Shown: positions 1 through 7,790 of the stretch, one piece after another
Position numbering within the stretch: position 1 is the stretch's first letter
How the letters are laid out: every line of letters starts with the position of its first letter
Assembly: GCF_000015805.1 (NCBI RefSeq)
Contig: NC_009073.1
Location: forward strand, 1,620,001 to 1,652,000
DNA length: 32,000 nt
Direction: 5' to 3'
DNA from: Pyrobaculum calidifontis JCM 11548
Lineage (GTDB): Archaea > Thermoproteota > Thermoprotei > Thermoproteales > Thermoproteaceae
Notes under the pieces: model-generated
The model's database searches: none
What the model was told of the DNA's origin: nothing
The model's input: the letters and a program-made list of their open reading frames with translations, nothing else
Made by a program: the position numbers and the translations under genes

Positions 1-891
1 GTTGTCCGCAAGCTCCTCTGCCAGACGCCTCATCGCCTCAAAGGTCTCCGACCCCACATGCGGCGTAACCACCACCTTCTCGTGACTTATGAGCTGACGC
101 AACGTCTCACTCCTCGGAGGCTCCTCTGGCAATACGTCTAGTCCAACTCCCCAAAGCCTGTCTAAGTGCTTTAGGAGGGCCTCGTGATCTATTACCTCGC
201 CTCTGCTAGTGTTTATTATTATTGCCCCATCTTTTACCAATGCCAATCTTTCGTCGTTTAACAGTCTGTACGTGGCCGGGGTGAGCGGGACGTGGAGCGA
301 TATTACGTCGCTTCTCCTTAAAAGCTCCTCTAAGCTCACTTGTCTGCCGCCTATTTTCTCCACCTCGTCTTTGACGTCTATAACGTCGTAGGCCAGTATA
401 TCCATGCCAAGCCCCCTCGCCGCTTGCGCCACAGCTTTCCCAATACGACCAAATCCAACCACGCCGAGCGTTTTTCCAAATAACTCTATGCCCACATATT
501 TGCCCTTGGGCCACTCCCCTGCCTTTACCTTTGTGCTGAGGAGGGGTATCCGCCTCGCTACTGCGAACATTAGCCCTATTGTGAGCTCCGCCACGCTTCT
601 AGCTGGCGCGTTTGGTGCATTCACCACAGAGATTCCTCTCTTCACTGCGTATTCTACGTCGACGTTGTCTAACCCAACGCCGTACCTGGCCAGAATCTTT
701 AGGTTCCTACCGGCGTCTATTACCTCTTTGTCTATCTTGAGCCTGCCCCTGAAGATTAAAATGTTGTAGTCTCCCACCACTTTTAACAACTCCTCTCTCG
801 AAATGCCGGGTTTCACATCGGCCCTTATGCCCATCTTCTTTAGCCGCTCTACTATTAACGGGTCTACGGCATCGGCTATTAGAGCCGACAT
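1..891 (-). CDS. D-isomer-specific 2-hydroxyacid dehydrogenase (phosphoglycerate dehydrogenase / glyoxylate reductase family); C-terminus cut by window edge
   Basis: Absent from the ORF track because it runs off the window. My own reverse-strand translation from ATG 891-889 is open to position 1 (297 codons): MSALIADAVDPLIVERLKKMGIRADV... It has the NAD Rossmann motif GKTLGVVGFGRIGKAV and the catalytic-region motifs NTSRGEVID and VVVTPHVGS. An AT box lies about 25 nt upstream. Confidence 0.85.
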   Translation of the reverse strand, partial: MSALIADAVDPLIVERLKKMGIRADVKPGISREELLKVVGDYNILIFRGRLKIDKEVIDAGRNLKILARYGVGLDNVDVEYAVKRGISVVNAPNAPARSVAELTIGLMFAVARRIPLLSTKVKAGEWPKGKYVGIELFGKTLGVVGFGRIGKAVAQAARGLGMDILAYDVIDVKDEVEKIGGRQVSLEELLRRSDVISLHVPLTPATYRLLNDERLALVKDGAIIINTSRGEVIDHEALLKHLDRLWGVGLDVLPEEPPRSETLRQLISHEKVVVTPHVGSETFEAMRRLAEELADN

Positions 892-911
892 TGGAGGCGG
901 AATTAGATTCC

Positions 912-919
912 TTTAAAAA
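912..919. promoter_or_regulatory. TATA-like AT box (TTTAAAAA) shared by the divergent dehydrogenase gene and C/D sRNA candidate 1
   Basis: The box centre is about 24 nt from ATG 891 (minus) and about 22 nt from the C box at 937 (plus). It is the only AT box on that side of the spacer. Confidence 0.5.
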
Positions 920-936
920 CATTCCATAAAAAACGT

Positions 937-985
937 GTGATGAAAAAACGGTCTGGCGACCCATGACCGGGAGACCGATCGCTGA
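937..985 (+). ncRNA. C/D box sRNA candidate 1 (dual guide)
   Basis: C GUGAUGA 937-943; 12-nt guide 944-955; D' GCGA 956-959; loop CCC; C' AUGACCG 963-969; 12-nt guide 970-981; D CUGA 982-985; T5 at 989-993. The 49-nt layout 7+12+4+3+7+12+4 is identical to the two other candidates. It is intergenic. Confidence 0.65.
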
Positions 986-1015
986 ATCTTTTTATATCTA
1001 TCTTGTGTATACTCC

Positions 1016-1876
1016 ATGGCTGGTTTATCAGATTCTGTGTACAACGTATTGAAGGCCCTTGCAGAACTGTACAATAAAACTGGGACGCCTGTCAAATCTA
1101 GAGACATTGCCAATGTGCTCGGCATACATGAGGGCTATGTGCGCAACATGTTGTCTATATTGAAGTCGATGGGCCTCGTTATTAGTAAGGCGGGACCCCA
1201 CGGTGGCTATATACCTACGCCTAAGGCGGCTGACGTGTTGTCCCGCCAGACTTTTTCGATACCTATAGTCGCAGGGGCCAACGTCATAGGCTATGCCTTA
1301 GACGTAACCCTAATCGGCCTACTCTCCGAGAGGCCCTACGCCTCGGTCCGCGTTGTTGGAGACTTGTCGGAGTTTGTAAATAGGGAGGTTAAAATAGGCC
1401 CTCTGCCCAGCGGCGTCGTAGTAATAGGGAAACTGGCAAGGGCCGACTTGGAATCTCTCATTGAGATAACTTCAATAGTCTCGATACCTAGAACTAGCGC
1501 AAAGAACATAATGACGCCAAACCCGATAGTCGCCAAGCCCAGCGACCCCCTAGGCAACTACATTAGACTTTTTATTGAGAAGCGGTACAGAGGCATACCT
1601 GTCATAGACGAGTCCAAGAGACCCATAGGCCTATTGACTGCGTCAAAGGTCATGGAGGCAGTGGCCTCCTGCCGCCTTGACGCCAAGGTCGGCGACTATA
1701 TGATGCCTAATCCACCGACGGTACATGAGGAGGAGGATATCCACGAGGTTATTAGGCTCATGGTCACCAGCGGCATTGGAAGAGTCCTCGTAGTAGACTC
1801 CGAGGATAGGCTGGTGGGCATTATTACGCGGACTGACGTGCTTCTCAGAATTGCGTCATTGGAACAACTCGTTTAA
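1016..1876 (+). CDS. winged-helix DNA-binding domain fused to a CBS-domain pair (putative regulator)
   Basis: The N-terminus, YNVLKALAELYNKTGTPVKSRDIANVLGIHEGYVRNMLSILKSMGLV, is wHTH-like. The C-terminal half has two CBS-like repeats (IMTPNPIVAKP...GIPVID and YMMPNPPTV...GRVLVVD). TTTTTATAT at 989-997 lies about 23 nt before the ATG (leaderless pattern). Confidence 0.85.
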   Translation: MAGLSDSVYNVLKALAELYNKTGTPVKSRDIANVLGIHEGYVRNMLSILKSMGLVISKAGPHGGYIPTPKAADVLSRQTFSIPIVAGANVIGYALDVTLIGLLSERPYASVRVVGDLSEFVNREVKIGPLPSGVVVIGKLARADLESLIEITSIVSIPRTSAKNIMTPNPIVAKPSDPLGNYIRLFIEKRYRGIPVIDESKRPIGLLTASKVMEAVASCRLDAKVGDYMMPNPPTVHEEEDIHEVIRLMVTSGIGRVLVVDSEDRLVGIITRTDVLLRIASLEQLV

Positions 1877-2624
1877 CACAATTAAACTCGTGTCTTACGA
1901 TTTGTCTAGTTAATAAGAACCCAGCCACATACATGCTAGCTTCACATGTCGCAGACAAGATGTCCAGCCCCTTGACTAAGTGGAAATATGTCAACACCGC
2001 TAGAAACACGTCGCCGCTACCCGTCGTGTCGTCTGTTGACACTTCTGCGCTATTTATATGATAGATAGAGCCGTCAAAGAGGACGTAGGCACCCTCTTCG
2101 CCAAGCGTGTACACAACACGCGGCCACCTCTCTGCAAAGTGCACAAGTTCCCTGAGGGTCAACTGGATATCGTCTATTGAGAAATGCACCAGATCTGCGC
2201 GTGGGAGGGGGCTCTGCGAGCGTAGATACCCTTGTAAATCGGCCACAACTATGCGCGCATCGACTTCGGCGCTTTTCAGCTCATCGTAGACTGGGGATAG
2301 AATTACAATGTCGCCCGCCACTCTTCCGATGCCCCTAGAGGGCTTTTTCAACAGTTTCACAGACCTAGGCCTCGTTCTGTAGTCTAACTCAAAGGTCGTC
2401 GTAAAGTCGGATTCAAATAGGCGCGGCCTTACCCCCATCTCTGCGAATATTCTCCCTAGCTTTTCAACGTCGTCAGGCGAGGCGACGCCCATCACCTCCA
2501 CCTCTGCTCCTAGGGCTCTGAGCGCAAGCGCCGCGTAGTATATGGGGCCGCCGTAGCGTTTGTAGACACCCGTGGCAGTGTATATTATGTCCAGCGTTGG
2601 ATTTCCCGCCACTACCAATTTCAC
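1845..2624 (-). CDS. PfkB-family carbohydrate/nucleoside kinase
   Basis: The PfkB signature DTTGSGDVFLA is near the C-terminus. The track ORF starts at 2699, which would overlap the divergent ABC gene start. GTG 2624 (VKLVVAGNPTLDIIY) sits about 22 nt from the shared AT box, so the shorter start is preferred. Confidence 0.8.
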   Translation of the reverse strand: MKLVVAGNPTLDIIYTATGVYKRYGGPIYYAALALRALGAEVEVMGVASPDDVEKLGRIFAEMGVRPRLFESDFTTTFELDYRTRPRSVKLLKKPSRGIGRVAGDIVILSPVYDELKSAEVDARIVVADLQGYLRSQSPLPRADLVHFSIDDIQLTLRELVHFAERWPRVVYTLGEEGAYVLFDGSIYHINSAEVSTDDTTGSGDVFLAVLTYFHLVKGLDILSATCEASMYVAGFLLTRQIVRHEFNCVKRVVPMTQF

Positions 2625-2639
2625 GCTTGGCGGCAACAG

Positions 2640-2653
2640 ATATATATTATAAA
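2640..2653. promoter_or_regulatory. single AT box (ATATATATTATAAA) in a 43-nt spacer between divergent starts 2624(-) and 2668(+)
   Basis: The centre is about 22 nt from both start codons. There is no room for leaders or a second box. Confidence 0.55.
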
Positions 2654-2667
2654 GATGTCCAACACCC

Positions 2668-3636
2668 GTGCCGCCTCTGTTAGAGCTGAGAAATGTCAAA
2701 ATGTACTACGGGGTGACAAATGGCGTTGTAAAAGCCGTTGACGGGGTGTCGTTTGTTTTAAACAAGGGGGAGGCCATGGCGTTGGTTGGAGAGAGCGGCA
2801 GTGGAAAAAGCTCCTTGGCGTTTACAATAATCCGGCTGTTGCCTCGCAACGTCGCAGAATTCAGCGGAGAAATCTTGTTACACGACGAGGAGTTGGGCAC
2901 AGTGGACTTGGCAAAAATGAGCGAGGAAGAGCTCAGGAGGAAGATTAGGTGGAAGAAAATCTCCATGGTTTTTCAAGCCTCTATGAACGCCCTAAATCCC
3001 ATACTAAAGGTGCAGGATCAAATGGTGGAGCCGTTGGTTCTCCACCTGGGTCTTTCTAAGCAGGAGGCCATCAAAATTGCCGAAGAGGCGTTGCTTTCCG
3101 TAGGTTTAGCCAAAGACGTGCTCACGAGATACCCCTTTGAGCTGTCGGGGGGCATGAAGCAGAGAGTTGTTATTGCCATGGCTATTATGATGAAGCCGAA
3201 GTTAGTTATACTAGACGAGCCAACCTCGGCGCTCGACGTGATAACCCAGGCCAATATTATGAACCTCTTAAAGGAGTTGAAGGCGAAGTTCGACTTGTCG
3301 TATATACTTATTACACACGACATAGCTCTAGCCTCTGAAATAGCTGACAAAATTGGGGTCATGTACGCTGGTAAAATCGTCGAAATAGCTCCTTCCGACA
3401 TATTTTTCAGAAAGCCTAAACACCCATATTCGCAGAAGTTGTTGGCTGCCGTGCCCAGTCTAAGAGAAGAGAAGGCGATAGAATACATCCCAGGCGATGT
3501 GCCCAGCTTAATCAATCCGCCGACTGGGTGTAGATTCCACCCACGTTGCCCATATATGATAAAGGGCAAGTGCGAAAGAGAAGAGCCGCCAAGGAAGCAA
3601 GTGGAGGGTAGCGAAGTGGCTTGTTGGCTGTATTGA
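2668..3636 (+). CDS. oligopeptide/dipeptide-type ABC transporter ATP-binding protein (OppD/DppD-like)
   Basis: Walker A GESGSGKS, signature LSGGMKQR and Walker B LVILDEPTSALD. The C-terminal Opp-type extension carries CRFHPRCP. Confidence 0.9.
   Translation: MPPLLELRNVKMYYGVTNGVVKAVDGVSFVLNKGEAMALVGESGSGKSSLAFTIIRLLPRNVAEFSGEILLHDEELGTVDLAKMSEEELRRKIRWKKISMVFQASMNALNPILKVQDQMVEPLVLHLGLSKQEAIKIAEEALLSVGLAKDVLTRYPFELSGGMKQRVVIAMAIMMKPKLVILDEPTSALDVITQANIMNLLKELKAKFDLSYILITHDIALASEIADKIGVMYAGKIVEIAPSDIFFRKPKHPYSQKLLAAVPSLREEKAIEYIPGDVPSLINPPTGCRFHPRCPYMIKGKCEREEPPRKQVEGSEVACWLY
3512..3567 (+). repeat. 56-nt exact direct repeat, copy 1 (inside the OppD-like C-terminus)
   Basis: tcaatccgccgactgggtgtagattccacccacgttgcccatatatgataaagggc is identical to 4476-4531. 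About 23 further nt are near-identical. Confidence 0.95.
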
Positions 3637-3637
3637 T

Positions 3638-4612
3638 ATGCCGTTGTTAGAGGTCCACGACCTTAAGACGTGGTTCCCCGTTGGAAGAGGGCTCTTTAAG
3701 CCTGTGAAATACGTAAAGGCTGTAGACGGCGTTAGTTTTACGCTGGATGCTGGAGAGGTTCTCGCAGTTATTGGCGAGTCTGGCTCTGGAAAAACGACGC
3801 TGGGAAGAACTGTGCTTAGGCTGATAAGGCCGACTGCCGGGAAGATAGTTTTCGATGGAAAAGACATCACCTACGCGCCCGACGCCTCTCTCAAGTGGTA
3901 CCGATTCTCTACCGCCATGATATTCCAAGACCCCTTCAGCTCGCTTAACCCATATCACACTGTGCAATACATATTGGAAGAGCCTCTAATTCTGCGGAAA
4001 GTGCCGCCCCAGGAGAGGCGGGAGCTCGTGGTAAAGGCGCTTGAAGAGGTTAAGTTGGTGCCGCCTGAAGATTTTCTAAAGAAGTATCCGCATATGTTAA
4101 GTGGGGGTCAAAGGCAACTGGTGGGAATTGCAAGGGCGTTGATTACTAGGCCGAGGTTCATTGTGGCAGACGAGCCCGTGTCTATGCTAGACGTCTCTAT
4201 CAGAGCTGAGATACTTTCCCTAATACGGTCTCTTCAGTCGAAGTACAACATAGCCATGATGTACATCACTCACGACATAGCCACGGCCAAGTACTTGGCG
4301 GATAAACTACTAGTAATGTACGCAGGTAAGGCGGTGGAATACGGGCCGTTTAGAGATGTGATAAAGGAGCCTCTTCACCCCTACACTCAGGCGCTCATAG
4401 AGGCGTTGCCAGATCCAGATCCCACGAACAGGCTTAAAATACGTAAAGTCCCGCCGGGAGAGCCGCCAAGTCTAGTCAATCCGCCGACTGGGTGTAGATT
4501 CCACCCACGTTGCCCATATATGATAAAGGGCGAGTGCGACAAAGAAGAGCCGCCCCTCGTGGAAGTAAAGAGGGGCCACTACGTGGCCTGCTGGCTTCAT
4601 ATAAAGCGTTAA
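3638..4612 (+). CDS. oligopeptide/dipeptide-type ABC transporter ATP-binding protein (OppF/DppF-like)
   Basis: Walker A GESGSGKTT, signature LSGGQRQL and Walker B FIVADEPVSMLD. The start is 1 nt after the upstream stop (operon). Confidence 0.9.
   Translation: MPLLEVHDLKTWFPVGRGLFKPVKYVKAVDGVSFTLDAGEVLAVIGESGSGKTTLGRTVLRLIRPTAGKIVFDGKDITYAPDASLKWYRFSTAMIFQDPFSSLNPYHTVQYILEEPLILRKVPPQERRELVVKALEEVKLVPPEDFLKKYPHMLSGGQRQLVGIARALITRPRFIVADEPVSMLDVSIRAEILSLIRSLQSKYNIAMMYITHDIATAKYLADKLLVMYAGKAVEYGPFRDVIKEPLHPYTQALIEALPDPDPTNRLKIRKVPPGEPPSLVNPPTGCRFHPRCPYMIKGECDKEEPPLVEVKRGHYVACWLHIKR
4476..4531 (+). repeat. 56-nt exact direct repeat, copy 2 (inside the OppF-like C-terminus)
   Basis: Identical to 3512-3567 and encodes the same NPPTGCRFHPRCPYMIKG peptide. 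Confidence 0.95.
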
Positions 4613-4642
4613 CATTTAATACGTGGCTTAGCAAATCCATCT

Positions 4643-5074
4643 ATGAAAATTGAGCGAAGCGGCCAGCCGGTAACCGCATTGCTAAGGCTTTTAGAAGAGG
4701 ACTTAAAACGCGACGACGTAATTTACGTCGAGCGCGTCCCAGCTCCAAGAGCGGGGGAGCGCTATAGGGAGGTAGTCTCCAAGTTCTTCACGGAGTTTGG
4801 AGTTGCCACAGTGTACATAAGGGTAAGAACGGCAACGTTTGAGCGTAGATATGTGATATCTGCGAAATTTGACTGGGTGTCTGGCGGAATCGTGGAAGGG
4901 TGGGTCGTGGAAGGCAACGTGGTCAAGATTTACGAGCCTATAGCCGTGAGCGCCCCAGATATTGAGAAGACACTTGACTACTACGGCGACATTTTCTGGA
5001 AGACAGAGGAGAAGCTCCTCTCGAAAAAGATGGCGCAGACCTACGTCGAAGAACAACAGCCGCCAGCGGATTAG
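4643..5074 (+). CDS. hypothetical protein (143 aa)
   Basis: A clean ORF with AACATTTAATAC about 26 nt upstream of the ATG. I recognise no family motif. Confidence 0.6.
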   Translation: MKIERSGQPVTALLRLLEEDLKRDDVIYVERVPAPRAGERYREVVSKFFTEFGVATVYIRVRTATFERRYVISAKFDWVSGGIVEGWVVEGNVVKIYEPIAVSAPDIEKTLDYYGDIFWKTEEKLLSKKMAQTYVEEQQPPAD

Positions 5075-5784
5075 CTTATTTTTACTACTGGGGCTTCTGT
5101 CCCAATCACCATTATGTAGTCTAAGATCGTTCTTCTTACCTCCTCGCCTTTTCTAAGAGCCACAACGGATTGACGTCTTTTAAGCGTCCACACCACTTCA
5201 AAAAACTGGCCCACAAATCCTATGTTGCCACCGTGAGTTACTACGGCGAGCTGGCCCAGCCTCAGCGGCAAATGAGTCTTAATCGCCTTGTTTTCCAAAT
5301 CGTACACCACAGTGTCAAAGGTCTTTATCTGGCGGCCTACGTCGGGCGGTAGTATCAGGTTGCGGCCGTCGTGAAAGTGTAGCTGAATTCTGCCGCCGCT
5401 TACGGCGGTTTTACCTTCTACACGTAGCGGCTTTAGAGCCGCCTCGCTGGACGGTATGGGTTTCAAGTCGTAGTACTTGGCCTCGTCTGGCACCACTCTA
5501 TAAATCTCGCCAGTTGGCACTATTTCAACTACGTCCATGAGCCCTATGGGGAATTTATAGTCTTTTCTTACGACCCCGTCTACCTTTATGTACCCTCTCG
5601 AAATTATGTACCTCGCCTCGCGTAGCGTTTTTGCATATCGCAGTACATCCCTTACTACAACTGCCAACGGAAGAGAGTATTCCAAACTATGTGGCCCCGT
5701 TGATGGCCTTACGGCCCAGACTCCACCGGCTTTTCTGGGTATTGGCCACCAATATGGCGCCAGCGACTTTCTAAGATGAACCAT
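5071..5784 (-). CDS. rps4e: 30S ribosomal protein S4e
   Basis: [32 protein letters not shown]...[30 protein letters not shown] is a typical eS4 N-terminus with S4 and KOW regions. It overlaps the L24 stop by 14 nt. Confidence 0.95.
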   Translation of the reverse strand: MVHLRKSLAPYWWPIPRKAGGVWAVRPSTGPHSLEYSLPLAVVVRDVLRYAKTLREARYIISRGYIKVDGVVRKDYKFPIGLMDVVEIVPTGEIYRVVPDEAKYYDLKPIPSSEAALKPLRVEGKTAVSGGRIQLHFHDGRNLILPPDVGRQIKTFDTVVYDLENKAIKTHLPLRLGQLAVVTHGGNIGFVGQFFEVVWTLKRRQSVVALRKGEEVRRTILDYIMVIGTEAPVVKIS

Positions 5785-6157
5785 GCTGGCCCCTCTTCCT
5801 CCTCTCTATAAGTTTTTGCCTTGCTTTGTCCGACAGATCTACGTCTACGATCATTACCTTGGATGGGTGTATTGGATAGTAGACCGTCTGCCCCCTGCTA
5901 TTGGTCCTAGTAGCGCCTTCCACGAAGATTCTCACCCTCTTCAAATCCACTTTGACAACTTTGCCTGTCACGCCCTTGAAATCTCCCCGCATTATTAACA
6001 CGGTATCTCCCCGTCTTACTGGCAACCTTTTCACGCCCAGCTTCTTCTGAAGCTCAGGCGATAGTTTTGCGTTTAACAGTTTTCGCCTAAGGTGGAGCGG
6101 CGCGGCGTATAGACTCAGCCTTTGTTTGCGCGGTTGTGCTGACGCAGTAAACGGCAT
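5771..6157 (-). CDS. rpl24: 50S ribosomal protein L24 (uL24)
   Basis: The KOW motif [24 protein letters not shown] is present. The track start is GTG 6166. ATG 6157 lies about 23 nt from the TTTATATAT box (6176-6184, minus sense), so it is preferred. Confidence 0.9.
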   Translation of the reverse strand: MPFTASAQPRKQRLSLYAAPLHLRRKLLNAKLSPELQKKLGVKRLPVRRGDTVLIMRGDFKGVTGKVVKVDLKRVRIFVEGATRTNSRGQTVYYPIHPSKVMIVDVDLSDKARQKLIERRKRGQHGSS

Positions 6158-6322
6158 AGCCGACACGGTGCGTACTATATATAAAGTTTATCACGTCGTT
6201 TTCTTAGCCGACTTACGCAACGCTTGGTTTAACTCATCCAAGTGTCTTATTATCCTCTCATGGATCTCTATTATCCTCTTTATCGCCTTGTCGATCTCTT
6301 CCACAGGCGCCCCTACTAGTTC

Positions 6323-6336
6323 TAAAAAATATTTTA
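6323..6336. promoter_or_regulatory. near-palindromic AT box (TAAAAAATATTTTA) upstream of the beta-CASP gene
   Basis: The centre is about 27 nt from GTG 6357 (+) and about 26 nt from a possible GTG 6304 (-). Confidence 0.5.
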
Positions 6337-6356
6337 CCCCTTGCCTCCACCACGTC

Positions 6357-7643
6357 GTGATTTTGCGACTCCTTGGCGGCGCTGGCGAAGTGGGCAGGCT
6401 TGCTGTACTCATAAGGACGGCCTACAATGGCATACTGTTAGACTACGGCGTAAATTTTGACGCAGAAGGAAGGCCTGTTTTCCCACTTCACGTACGTCCC
6501 CGCGATCTTACTGCAGTTTTTTTAAGCCACGCACACCTAGACCACAGTGGGGGTGTGCCAACGCTTTACGTGACGACAAAGACGCCGCTTTATGCCACGC
6601 CTTTGACTATGGAACTTTCAGACCTCATGTATGCAGACGCGATAAAGCTCTCCGGCTACTACCTCCCATACACCCAAGAAGAGGTGAGAGAGGTCATGTC
6701 TAGCGCCTTTCCTCTCACATATGGCGAGCCGGTGGAAATCGGCAGAGACGCCGTGTTGACGACGTATAACGCAGGCCACGTGCCGGGGAGCGCGATAGGC
6801 GTTATAGAGGTCGAGGGGGCGACGGTGGTATTCACCGGCGATTTTAACTTGTCTGATACAAATCTGCTGAGGGGGGCCGACTTGTACAATATACCAAAGA
6901 ACCCAGACGTGGTAGTTATGGAGGCCACATACGCCTCCTCGACGCATCCGCCTAGAGACAAGATGGAGACGGAGTTCGTAAATGCGGTGAGGGAGGTAGT
7001 GGAGGGCGGCGGCACAGTGCTGATACCCTCCTTCGCCCTTGGAAGAGCCCAAGAAATACTGTTGACATTAGTAAAAAATAAGCTTGATAGTTACCCAATA
7101 TACATAGATGGGCTCGCGCGCCAGATTAACCAGATAATTGGCAGATATCTGCACTTGGTCAGAGATCCGGCACTTTACAAGAAGGCGCTTGAGGTAGCTA
7201 TAGAGGTGCCAAACGCCTATGTGAGAAAAGGCGCGGCAGAGGAGCCCTCGATAATCATAGCGCCAGCTGGCATGCTAAAGGGGGGAGCCGCCTTGTTTTA
7301 CTTCAAGCGGCTTGCCGCCAACAAGAAAAACGGAATCTTTCTGCCATCGTTTCAAGCTCCGAATACGCCTGGGTTCGAAATCTTGAGCAAAGGGCATGCC
7401 GTGGTAGAAGGCGCCACCATAAAGGTCGAGGCGAGAATTGAGTGGTTTGACTTCAGCGCTCACGCCGGTAGAGACGAGCTAAGAGCCTTCATAAAACACT
7501 TCCACGAAGATACAAACATCCTGCTTGTTCACACAGACCCTGCGGCATCGTCACCATTCGTTAAACAGCTAATCGAAGAGGGCCGCAGAGTATACCTCCC
7601 CACAACCGTCGGCGAGGAGCTATACCTGGATTTAAAGAAGTAG
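6357..7643 (+). CDS. beta-CASP family metallo-beta-lactamase RNase (KH-less, aCPSF2-type)
   Basis: MBL motif HAHLDHSG, plus HVPGSA, VVMEATYA, FSAHAG and LVHTDP, which fit beta-CASP motifs A-C. The track ORF (6126) is over-extended through the spacer. GTG 6357 gives an N-terminus of ILRLLGGAGEVGR, typical for the family. Confidence 0.85.
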   Translation: MILRLLGGAGEVGRLAVLIRTAYNGILLDYGVNFDAEGRPVFPLHVRPRDLTAVFLSHAHLDHSGGVPTLYVTTKTPLYATPLTMELSDLMYADAIKLSGYYLPYTQEEVREVMSSAFPLTYGEPVEIGRDAVLTTYNAGHVPGSAIGVIEVEGATVVFTGDFNLSDTNLLRGADLYNIPKNPDVVVMEATYASSTHPPRDKMETEFVNAVREVVEGGGTVLIPSFALGRAQEILLTLVKNKLDSYPIYIDGLARQINQIIGRYLHLVRDPALYKKALEVAIEVPNAYVRKGAAEEPSIIIAPAGMLKGGAALFYFKRLAANKKNGIFLPSFQAPNTPGFEILSKGHAVVEGATIKVEARIEWFDFSAHAGRDELRAFIKHFHEDTNILLVHTDPAASSPFVKQLIEEGRRVYLPTTVGEELYLDLKK

Positions 7644-7649
7644 AAGTAC

Positions 7650-7787
7650 ATGAAAGTCCTAGTGAAGAAGGTGGACGAGACAGGAGTCGTAGAGTTCGTA
7701 GAAGTGCCGCTCAGGTACCTGGCAAAAAAGAGGAAGTTAGACGATATAATAATACTATTGGACGGCGACGTTGAGTGGCTAAGCTAA
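7650..7787 (+). CDS. small ORF (45 aa), hypothetical
   Basis: Below the track cutoff: MKVLVKKVDETGVVEFVEVPLRYLAKKRKLDDIIILLDGDVEWLS. It lies 6 nt after the beta-CASP stop and 3 nt before the next ATG, so it fills the gap exactly. Confidence 0.4.
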   Translation: MKVLVKKVDETGVVEFVEVPLRYLAKKRKLDDIIILLDGDVEWLS

Positions 7788-7790
7788 GGC

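Noticed and set aside
206-964. Track ORFs 206-514(-), 209-391(+), 404-769(+) and 707-964(-)
   Set aside because: All lie inside or across the 2-hydroxyacid dehydrogenase gene (1-891, minus) in other frames. Their translations are low-complexity (R/G- or S/T/P-rich) with no motifs. The true frame gives clean family motifs.
6126-6356. N-terminal 77 codons of the track's 505-aa beta-CASP ORF
   Set aside because: This stretch reads through the L24 promoter and spacer, and its translation is hydrophobic junk. The family N-terminus (ILRLLGGAGEVGR) begins at GTG 6357, at the correct distance from an AT box.
7371-7385. tRNA T-arm-like string GGGTTCGAAATC as a possible att site or tRNA fragment
   Set aside because: It lies in frame inside the beta-CASP CDS (NTPGFEILSKG) and is not identical to either tRNA T-arm. 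There is no flanking integrase or direct repeat.
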